Source of the DNA: Azolla caroliniana
Lineage: Eukaryota; Plantae; Polypodiophyta
DNA length: 64,000 bases
Direction: 5' to 3'
Assembly (NCBI GenBank): GCA_043228905.1
Contig: JBHGNT010000008.1
Span: 19,406,001 to 19,470,000 of the forward strand
In this document: positions 40,407 through 50,151 of the stretch, piece by piece
How positions within the stretch are numbered: the first letter of the stretch is position 1
How the letters are laid out: every line of letters begins with the position of its first letter
Program-made: the position numbers and the translations under genes
Notes under the pieces: model-generated
Told to the model about the DNA's origin: nothing
Seen by the model: the letters and a program-made list of their open reading frames with translations, nothing else
Database searches by the model: none

Positions 40407-40608
40407 TTTTAAAATTCAAACTTTAAACGGGAACTCAATACGGCGTATCGAGTTCCCGTTTAAAACCTACACTTTAAATGGGAACTTGATACGCCGTATC
40501 GAGTTCATGTTTAAAGTGTAGGTTTTAAACAGGAACTCGATACGCCGTATCGAGTTCTTGTATAAAGTTGGTATTGTATACAGGAACTCGATACGGCGTA
40601 TCGAGTTC
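40166..40608. repeat. Array of seven 25-bp palindromes GAACTCGATACG-N-CGTATCGAGTTC with a 51-bp period
   Basis: Copies start at 40166, 40217, 40268, 40431, 40482, 40533 and 40584, separated by 26-bp AT-rich spacers except for one longer gap. Confidence 0.95.
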
Positions 40609-40699
40609 TTGAGCGACGAAACATATTTACAAAAATGTCCACAGTGTCAGAGGCCTACCTGGAGTCCTCGCGCTCGATTCTCTTTGAAGACATGGTTGA

Positions 40700-41544
40700 T
40701 CGTGTGGCAGTGGAGGCGGAGATCGCGCTTTTGTGCTTTGTGCTCTGTGTGCTTTGTGTGCTCTGTGTGCTCTGTACGTTCTGTGTGCTCTGTACGCTCT
40801 ATACGCTCTTGTGAGTGAAATATGACGAGGTCTTCCTATTTATAGGGATTGACCACATTGGTTAAAGTAACCATAGTCACCTTAACCAAGGTTGGTAAGT
40901 TTGAGGATAGTTAGTTGGTAACCACAGTCACATTAACTAGAGTAACTTATGATTGCATTAATGATTACAAAGTCAAACTAACATATTGATCAATTTTTTA
41001 TAGTCATAACAACCTGCAATGACTTCAAAGGTCATGAAGGAGACAATGATAGAGATTCATGAATGTACCAATGATTGATTACTAAAAGCAACAATTTTTA
41101 TGACTCTCAAATGCTGTGTATTAAAGATGTGGGCATGAATTAACCAATGATTGATAAGTCTAATATTTAAAATGGTGAGCATTAAAGAACCAATGAGTGA
41201 GAGGTTCTATATCAAAATGGGTGCCATTAATTAGCCAATGATTTTAACATTAATCCAACATATTCATGGCTTGTTAATGATTAGATTTATATTATACTTG
41301 ATTTAACTTCATATAGATGTAGTTTAAATAATAATTGATATTTTAAATACAATTACTTTATTAAAAATAAATTTTTTATGTATTGTATTAATAGAATATT
41401 ACATAATATAGACATTCTATTGATTTTGCTTTTGTTTAGAGAGAAGTTTATGTTTAGAGAGGAGTATATGTTTAGAGAGGAGCTTATTAGTTTTTTCCTT
41501 ACCGTAAGCACATAACTTACAGAGCCCTATCTAGACCTTAAGCC
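40700..41544. promoter_or_regulatory. Putative bidirectional promoter between the MTase and transposase genes
   Basis: Minus-strand CTATAAATAGG at ~40835-40846, about 145 bp before the MTase ATG. Four CCAATGA motifs at ~41068, 41144, 41190 and 41235. Confidence 0.55.
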
Positions 41545-44319
41545 ATGAGTGAAGATTCACCGTTCTCGATTGAAGAATATTGTTTGTCATCAGACTCATC
41601 GTTTTCTACTGAAGAGTATTGTTTGTCGACAGAGTCACCATATTCGATCGAAGAATATTGTCTGTCGACAGACTCACCATATTCGATCGAAGAATATTGT
41701 CTGAGCTCATCTACAAGGAATGTAAATAATGACACATGTGAAGAGTTCTCTATTGAAGAATACGATATTAATAAAGATACGGAGAATGAAGGTAGTGCCC
41801 AGGAAACATTGAATAACATTGGCGATGGTCACAACAGAGAATTAGATTGTAACAAGGTTACACCAACCTCTATGCAGGAAGAGAAATCTGGGAGCCCTAT
41901 GCATATTAGAAGAATCCCATGAAGAATTCGTCTGGCTAGATTTAGCTTGGTGACATCAGATAAACAGACTGGATTTGATGTCAAAAAAAATATGTTGTGC
42001 CCGTGGTTGTATGTCTATGATTGGAAAATCAAAGTTGCGAGAATTAAGGCGATACTATTTTTCGATGACCGGTGATGAGCAAGACACTTACCTCGGGTCA
42101 CATATGCAACTAGTATCTGACAAATGTACGGGGATCAAAGTATCATTCGAGTATTATATCTTCCATGCGCAACAGATATGTAGAGTTGCATTCAAAATTG
42201 TGTTATGTGTTAGTAACATGCGGCTACATAGAGTACAACAACGTCTACTTAGCGGGGATCAGATGCTCAATTGTAAAGAGGTTCCAAGTATGAAAGGTGC
42301 AATTGGAAGACATTCTATTGGTTGGATGAAAACTTACTTTCAGTTAAATTGTGAAGTAATGCCCACTACAGGTAGGATGCACCTTTCTGATAATTATACA
42401 CGTCGGGAAGTTTATGATGTCTATCGATCTGATATGCTGGGCTCACGTAATAAGTCTATCACCTATAGCCAATTCACAAGATTATGGAGAGCTCGGTTTT
42501 CAAATGTTATTATTCCTCGTAAAGTACGTATGGGGTATTGCTCCATTTGTGCAAATCTTAAAAGTTTGGCTAAAGGTGCAAAGACATCAATGGAAAAGGA
42601 TACGAGTAAGAAGTTACTACAAGAGCATCGTGAGGCACAATCCTTAGAACGAAAGAAAGCGATGCATCATAGAGAGAAGTGTTTGAAGAGGCCCGAACAA
42701 TACATGTGCTTAATGATAGATGACATTGACCAGAAAAAGACATGCTTGCCGCATATGCGGAGGCTCCCCAAAGATGTCAATGATGAGTGCCTTGTTCAAA
42801 TGCACTTGGTGGGATGCTTGGCTTATAATAGGTCTGTTTGACCTCACGTCTTCATTACTTACCCCAATGTTCACAATGACCCTAACCTAACAGTTACAGT
42901 GATTCACCGAGTTTTGATGTCTTGGGGCTAACCTTTCCCCCCTGTTCTATACATTCAATTGGACAATACTGCTAGAGAGAACAAAAATTCAACTGTATTT
43001 GGCTATCTAAGTATGTTGGTCAACCTAGAATTGTTTAGGAAAGTGAAAGTCAATTTCCTTTTGGTTGGCCACACACATGACCATATAGATCAAATGTTTA
43101 GCACATTCTCCAGACAGTTGTCTCGGCATGATGCTTTCACTTTACCTAAACTATTTGATGTCATTTGTGATGCATATACACCACACCCAAAAGTGTTACA
43201 CTTGAAGGAGGTATATGACTTTAAGAGATATATATTAGATGGGGGTGGTGGGAATGTTAAAGTGCTTGCTCAGTTAAACAATATAAGTTTCAATCACATT
43301 TTTATGATAAAGAAAAATGGAATAAGTGGTTCTACACTTTTGTATGCTAAACAATATTCATCTTCTACAACATGGGAACCTGAAGGTGGTTGCCAGTTAT
43401 TACTTTGTATGCCGAGTACAATTGTCCATGGAGCTAAGCAAATGCCAATTGAGAAGAAAGGACAGTTGCAGAGCGACTTGGTATCAAAACAAAAACGGTC
43501 ATGGCTCCAAGCCTTAGAAGAAAAAAGAAAGCATATTGAGGCCGCCAAGAAATATGCCGCACAACAAGACACGTCATGGTGGGATGTATTTTATAGTGAT
43601 CAGAAAGAAATTATAGAAAATTGTGTATCTGTTGATAATTGGAATTTGGAAATGCCATTCACATGGTCGCTGCAACATGATCGCGTAAATAGAACTCCGG
43701 AGCAACTAGTAAATGCGATTAATGACAGCTTAGTCCATCCACAACAAAGAATGTGGGACCAAGGATGACCAAAGCAGCCGAAGCTAGATGGCAAGGCAAT
43801 TTGCAAGAGCTCACCGCGGGGATGTTGATTGCAACGCCGGCTAATGAGAACTCACATGGCCACCAATTTTGGGTTGGTAAAATTCTAGAAGTGCTAATGC
43901 ATGAAATAGAAAACACGATCAAGTCTATAAATGTTCATTGGTACAACACTAGAAATGCAAATGCTTTTACAGGTAAGTATACATTGGAGATGATTGAATG
44001 CCCAACAAGAAGGGGAGGTAGGAAGAGGAAGCGAAACATTCGTAACACCTCGACCCTTGATATCTCTGATGTGGATATCATCGTGTACGACTTCACACTT
44101 ACAAAAGCCGAACAATTAAGGAAGTCAACAATAGATATAATAAAAGAAAAATTATCAGGTCTACAAGGTGGCTCGAGTCAAAGGCAAACGAGATCTGCTA
44201 CATATAATCTAGAGTCAAACCATTTGGTTTATGACAAAGATAATGCACTAATTGGTACATCCGAGGATGATGAGGAGGAATCATCATTGTATATTAGTTA
44301 TAGTAGTGATTCTCCGTAA
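41545..44319 (+). pseudogene. Sola-like (DUF7869-type) DDD transposase, disrupted
   Basis: CCARGC, ICRVAFKIVLCVSNMRL, CSICANLK, LMIDDIDQKKTCLP, LYIQLDNTARENKN and FLLVGHTHDHIDQMFS. Stops at ~41920, 42839 and ~42929; frameshifts near 41970 and 43755; terminal TAA at 44317-44319. Confidence 0.85.
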
Positions 44320-44641
44320 AGGAGTGATCATGAATGTATATTTGGCTACTAAGTGTAACTACATTCCACTTGTAACAAATCGAGTAATATAAAAGCATGT
44401 GTTTTGAATTCTTATGATTTCTAAAAAATCATTTCTTATAAAATAACATTGGTTGTAAAGTTTGTGATATAAATTGAGAATGTATCTTTTTGAAATTCGT
44501 CTTTTTTTAGTTACTTCTAAATCACGAAAATAGTGGATTTTTAACCTTTTTCATAGTATGTTTGAACATGTATGATACTGGTATCAATGTGTTTTGTAAA
44601 ATCATTGAAAAAGCCCTAAAATTTCCCTTATCCTTCCATTT

Positions 44642-44677
44642 ATGCGCGATCCATCCACTTGTGAACGCGAACGTGTT
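44642..44677 (-). repeat. Right terminal inverted repeat
   Basis: Reverse complement is AACACGTTCGCGTTCACAAGTGGATGGATCGCGCAT. Confidence 0.93.
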
Positions 44678-45464
44678 TGACTCGGTCCTTTCCGTATTAC
44701 CAGTAAGGTTAATGATGTCACATTCCGCCTTGATCCTCCTCCACATCTTCAGATACATCAGGTCTTCCATAGTTCTCCTCTTGAACCTTATAAAGCAAAC
44801 ACTATTCTCGATCGTGTTACACCACCGCCGCCCCGGCTTGAGTTAGACGTCGGCCCGGAGTATGGAGTTGTTGTCGTCCTTGACTCCAAATTTGTTCGCA
44901 TCAAACATTATTATTTGGTCGATTGGCTTGGCTATAGTCCGAGTGAACGTACTTCGGAACCCGTCGAGCATGTCGCCAATGCTCAGGATCTTCTTGTTGA
45001 TTTTCACCGACATTATCCGGACAAACCCGGTTCTCAATCAGCACCGACTCGTTACACTCGTCGTCTTAAAGGGAGGATAGTGTCATGATATGGCAAGATT
45101 CGAACCCATGACCTTATGTTATAGGGTTCGAGCTCTTGACCATTATAACATCTATTGTAATACGTAGGATATTATTTGCGTTTAAGTTTTATTATAGGAA
45201 ATTAATGTATATTCCAGATTTCTCTGGAACATTCTAGAAGCTTCAGGACTCCTCTTGAGAACACTATAAAAGGAGGCACAAGGCATTATGTTGAACCAAA
45301 TTGGTTCAACACCAATCTTAAGCCTCATAGCCATTTTGTACTTACTCTTCATATAATATATCATCTATTATCATCATCTCTCTCTTTCTCTCGTCCTCGC
45401 TATCTCTCTCTCTCTCTCTTTCTCTCGTCCTCGCTATCTCTCTCTCTCTCTCTCTCTCTCTCCC

Positions 45465-47594
45465 TTCAACGTAACCGGAGACTTCGGCAGTTCGGCCGGC
45501 GTGGCAACGTGAGACCAAAAGAGAAGGAAGATGGTGGGGAAGCGTGAGAAGGGGATCGATGGCGGCGAGCAGAAACGAAAGAGGTGGTTGGCTGAAGTAT
45601 GGGTCCTCCACATTCGTTCCCGAGACTTAGGCGGTTGCGTCCGAGAACCAACGGAAGACCTAAGAGAAGGAAAGTGGCAGCAAGGACGCGGAGGTCACGG
45701 CCAATACAACCGATCCCGAAGCGAAGAACGAAGACCAGTCCTATGGGTCACCTCACACCAGGCTAGAGACTTCGGCGGTCGGCATTGGATCCGACGTAAG
45801 ACCAAGACACTCACGGTGGTAGCAGGAGAACCAGACCCGGCAATTTAGAGAGTGACGGACGGACCCAGACGAGAATCGGGCGGAGCAGACTTCCGGATAA
45901 CCGATCCGGAAGGGAGGGAGAAGTAGGCCTACAGAGGGGTCGGGAACACGGTACATCGGTACCACGAGAGAGGGTGCAGAACAAGCCACCATCTCGACAC
46001 ACGGAGAAGGAAGACTCGGGAAAGGGTCGGGAAGACGAGAAGCCCAAGGAGGATCCTTCACACCGGATCTAGAGACTTCGGCAATCGGCAACGGAGCCGA
46101 CGTAAGACCAAGAGACTGACGGTGGCGACGAGGGGACAAGGGCAAAGACAACGATGGGGGCGATCCTAAGGGATCCTCACACCGATCCGAAGACACCGGT
46201 TGTTCAAGCCGACATGGCAACGTGAGACCGAGTGAGAAGGATGGTGGCGGTAGGAAACGGGAACCAACGATGTGGGAAGTGCGGATGGGCAATCCTCACA
46301 CCGATCCGGAGACTCCGGCGGTTGGCCCGAGAGCCGGCGTGAGATCTAGAGAGATGGACGGTGGCGGTAGGTGAACGGGATCAAGCAGAAGGGCCAAAAG
46401 GGAGCGGAAAGAGGTATCAGGCCGACCCGATTGGAAGGCAACGAGGGTTGCGGAAGAAGAGAGAAGAAAAACCAGTCCTATGGGATCCTCACACCGATCC
46501 AGAGACACTGGCCATTCAAGCCGACATGGCAACGTGAGACCGAGTGAGAAGGACGGTGGTGGCAGGAAACGGGAACCGACAACGCTAGAAGAGCGAAACC
46601 CTTACCAGCCGGTTAAGGTTTCGGACGGAAGCCGGCTAAGGATGAGCAAGGGGCAGGCTGCCAATCTGGGTGGGCACTCCCAGAGCGGATCGGAAGATGT
46701 GCGTGTGTCAATCGAGGGCCAAAGCGAAGCACGGGTACGGGACGATGTTCGGCATAGGCGGTGCCGGACAAGGAAAGCGGAAGATGGCACGCGGAAGGGT
46801 CGGGTCGGAAATTGGGCGCGGACGGACTGGACGGCCCAAAAATAGGGAACAATATGGCCAGCCGGAGGAAGATCCTCCACACCTGCTTCGGAGATCTCGG
46901 CGGCTCAATCGAGTGGCAACGACTAGCGTGGAAAGCCAGGCCCGAGGTAACGAGCTGGTGGGGTCGAAGGGACGACGGGAAGCACACAAAGCCGGAGCCG
47001 GTGGTAGCTGCGCAAGACGAAAGTGACCAAGAGGGCTACTACGGGGTCTTCCTCATACGCAGAGGACACCGGTATAGGGAGAAGCGGCGATGCACGATCC
47101 GGCCGGGCGAGGGCCAACGACAACTGCATAGGAAGTAACCGGAGTTCGACACGGGCGGTGCTGAACACGAGAAGGGGGATGTGCGGCGCACGGAGGTGCC
47201 AGAGTGGGAACACAGGTGCGAAGATGGGTTGTCGGTCCAGGTGATCTCGCGTAGAAGGCCGGAGAGGGATCCTCCACACCAGTTCCGAAGACCTTGGCAA
47301 TTCGACCGCCATGGCAATGTAAGACCAAGGAGAAGGTAGGTGGCGGCGAGGGGATGAAGGCGGTGGAGATCAGTGCATAACGAGGACCGGGATGACGTGA
47401 AGGTCGATAGAGGCCAAGCGGGCTATCACGGGTGCACCTCGGCCGGAGGACACCGCGTATCCGAAGGGACGAGAAGCGTGCATGCGGGTTAGCCTTATGG
47501 CTTTGCAAGGAGTGTGGGTCGGTATACCGCTCGAATACAGAGCGTGTCCACTCTTGATAGCAATGGGCCCCCCCGAACCCATTACTATCGTAGA
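45465..47594. repeat. GC-rich block of diverged internal repeats, origin unresolved (probably TE-derived)
   Basis: Recurring motifs gatcctcacaccgatcc, agagacttcggc and ccgacatggcaacgtgagaccgagtgagaagga. No recognisable protein. Confidence 0.5.
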
Positions 47595-47601
47595 TGTAAC
47601 C

Positions 47602-47663
47602 AGGACTTCCCAGGAGGTCACCCATCCCAGTACTGTTCTGGCTCAAGCACGCTTAAGCTTAAC
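47602..47663 (-). other. 5S rRNA-derived internal segment (A box-IE-C box), Cassandra TRIM-like
   Basis: Minus strand TTAAGCGTGCTTGAGCCAGAACAGTACTGGGATGGGTGACCTCCTGGGAAGTCCT closely follows the internal control region of plant 5S rRNA. The 5' part of 5S is absent. Confidence 0.85.
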
Positions 47664-47728
47664 TTGCAATGCTTGAAGCATCTAGACAACCACAAAACTC
47701 ATGGCATGTGAGTTGCCAAGGTAGGTAG

Positions 47729-50151
47729 GAAGTTTCGCGCACGTGTGTTACTTGGGCGGGACTACGGGGGTCTTGGACTAGGGAGTAGTCAAGGGATAGA
47801 GAAGACCCGAGGTTTGCTTTACGACAATACTACTTTCCGACCCCTTCCCGAGCAAGGTCTCGTTGCCCTTTGTTTTGTGAGGCCGGTGGCTCTCGTTGAT
47901 CATGACTCGTCGACCTTTTGAGATCGCCGCACGAGCGAAGTGACCAAACGGGTACAAGCAAGATGATCACGCAACATGAACGCACAAGGGGACGATAACA
48001 CAAATGACATGAATACACGCTCCCTAAGCACAACACTCGGCCACAATCGAGTCTAGGATCAAACACAGAAAAACGGGTAAGGTACGCACGACACAGTGAA
48101 GAGAAGAGTACACAGGATGTTAACATGGAAAACCCAAACTAGGGAAAACCCACGGCAGCCCACAGACTGCAAACCACGGCTCCCTCGTCACAAGACGTCG
48201 AACGTACGAGGAAGACACAAAAAACACGCACAAAATGCTCGTACGCCTTTATGGGGAGGAGGGGTGCATGGGCACGCCCGAAACCCCCCCTCGTCACAAG
48301 ACGGCTGAACGTACGAGGAAGACACAAACACACACACAAAATGCTCGTACACCTTTATGAGGAGGAGAGGTGCATGGGCAAGCTCGAATGCTCCCTCGTC
48401 ACGAGACGACCGAACGTACAAGGAAGACACAAACACACATACAAAATGCTCGTACGCCTTTATGAGGAGGTGAGGTGCATGGGCAAGCACGAAACGGTCC
48501 CTCGTCACAAGACGGCCGAACGTACAAGGAAGACACAAACACACACACAAATGCTCGTACGTCTTTATGAGGAGGAGAGGTGCATGGGCACGCTCGAAAC
48601 GCTCCCTCGTCACAAGACGGTCGAACGTACAAGGAAGACACAAACACACACAAATGCTCGTATGCCTTTATGAGGAGGTGAGGTGCATGGGCAAACCCGA
48701 ACGGTCCCCTCATCACAAGACGGCCGAAGGTACAAGAAAGACACAAACACACGCACAAAATGCTCGTACGACTTTATGAGGAGGAGAGGTGCATGGGCAA
48801 GCCCGAAACGGTCCCTCATCACAAGACGGCTGAACATACAAGGAAGACACAAACACATGCACAAATGCTCGTACGTCTTTATGAGGAGAGGTGCATGGGC
48901 ACGCTCGAAACGCTCCCTCGTCACAAGACGGCTGAACGTACAAGGAAGACACAAACACACACACAAATGCTCATACGCCTTTATGAGGAGGAGAGGTGCA
49001 TGGGCAAGCCCGAACGGTCCCCTCATCACAAGACGGCCGAACGTACAAGAAAGACACAAACACACGCACAAAATGCTCGTACGACTTTATGAGGAGGAGA
49101 GGTGCATGGGCAAGCCCGAAACGGTCCCTCGTCACAAGACGGTTGAACGTACACGGAAGACACAAACACATGCACAAATGCTCGTATGTCTTTATGAGGA
49201 GGAGAAGTGCATGGGCACGCCCAAAACGCTCCCTCGTCACAAGACGGCCAAACGTACAAGGAAGACACGAATAAAGAAAGAAGAAGAGAAAGAAACACGA
49301 ATGATATCAACCAAAGAGATAGATACGTGTTCGATTCCAACACAAGAGGACCCTTTGTAAAATAGGGTTTTGTTTACAATGACAACTTATAGTTAACCAC
49401 AAGCTCAATCAAAACATAAATATTAAATGCCCTTAGAGACAAAAGCAAATCCGAATACGGCGAAGATGAACACACGAGCACCACCAAAATGCCAATCCAA
49501 ACGAACCACGACCACCTGAACGGCGAGCACACGGGCTCGCAACGACAAACGGGGCGGAGCAACGTCGAACCAACGAAGCTTGGGCTCACGAGCACTTCGA
49601 GTGCCGACGCGAAGAAGACGAGCACGTGGCGATGGGGGGATGAAGGGGTATGAGATGAAGAGAAGTGGTGAATAAGAAGATGAAGAGCTTCGAAGGAAAA
49701 TTGGCGATAGTCTCCTCCTCCCAAAATGTCCTCCCGAATGAGCCCCCCTCGACCTCCTTGTATAGGAAAAAAAGGAAGGGGGTTCGCCAATTTTGTCTTC
49801 AATGAAAAAGGAATAAAATTCCTTAAATCATGCCACACTATAAGACTAGATTTGAACCATACACATCTAGCTAGAAATCAATGTGACTATCCACTAACCC
49901 ATTAACCCTTTCTTGTATAATATATAATTCTATCTCTATAAATTCATAGTCTGTCTCCCCTCTACCTTTTATCTCTCCTCTCTCTTACTTTTTGCACGAA
50001 CTTCTATACCTCCTTTCCACCCTTTCTTTTCCTTTTTATTTTCCATATGTACAATTAATCGCCTTTGTGTGCACACACATTGCACATGCACATTTTGACC
50101 CCCCCCCCTTTCGCCGGTTTTTCCCACTCTCGAGCACGCCACATCACGACA
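47729..50151. mobile_element. LTR of the same family as 26765-28028 with a ~105-bp tandem array
   Basis: Shares the gaagtttcg..gtgttacttggg start and the whole distal ~800 bp ending CATCACGACA. Ten full units plus one partial unit at 48182-49270. Confidence 0.85.

Larger units (their letters stand above)
35635..40693 (-). pseudogene. ParB/Srx-like domain fused to a beta-class N6-adenine/N4-cytosine DNA methyltransferase (six exons, disrupted)
   Basis: Exons 40693-40659, 39698-37224 (interrupted by a solo LTR), 37147-37009, 36925-36459, 36370-36078 and 35987-35635. MTase motifs in beta order: LMIADIPYG ... WIK ... PYQKPQRLMMRLIEMFS..GDWILDLFSGTGTTSACA...RNTVALEKD. ParB-like YFVIGGSHSAEARRQL...GLTTEEAKLLAWDHN. 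Lesions: frameshift at ~39180, TGA at ~39155, TAG in exon 3, non-canonical splice sites at 37223 and 37148. Confidence 0.88.
34589..44677. mobile_element. 10.1-kb TIR DNA transposon (Sola-like) carrying a transposase and a ParB-DNA methyltransferase gene
   Basis: 36-bp TIRs (34/36 identical), TSD TGAC at 34585-34588 and 44678-44681. Removing the element restores the host integrase reading (DKLDY**LGPFRITSKVNDVTFRL). Two divergent internal genes. Confidence 0.93.
25087..45460 (+). mobile_element. Chromoviral Ty3/Gypsy element (Tcn1/Tf1-like) carrying nested insertions
   Basis: 5' LTR 25087-25515 matches the 3' LTR from 45081, which is truncated in a CT microsatellite. Gag (KEPKIGLPAKFDG, CFYCGGPGHIAINC), protease LLDFGAN, RT ([21 protein letters not shown]). 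The integrase tail KLDY..LGPFRI is split at 34588/44678. Chromodomain (YLVDWLGYSPSERTSEP) at ~44860-45030. PPT AAAGGGAGGA at ~45068. Confidence 0.9.

Noticed and set aside
40166-40608. CRISPR array (palindromic repeats with constant-length spacers)
   Set aside because: Several spacers are copies or reverse complements of each other, there are no cas genes, and the array lies in a spliceosomal intron of a plant transposon.
47602-47663. Functional 5S rRNA gene
   Set aside because: Only the internal ~55 nt match; the 5' domain, the 3' end and the T-run terminator are missing.
45342-49360. Many overlapping Arg/Pro/Cys/His-rich ORFs
   Set aside because: They are by-products of high GC content and a ~105-bp repeat; they occur on both strands with no domain signature.
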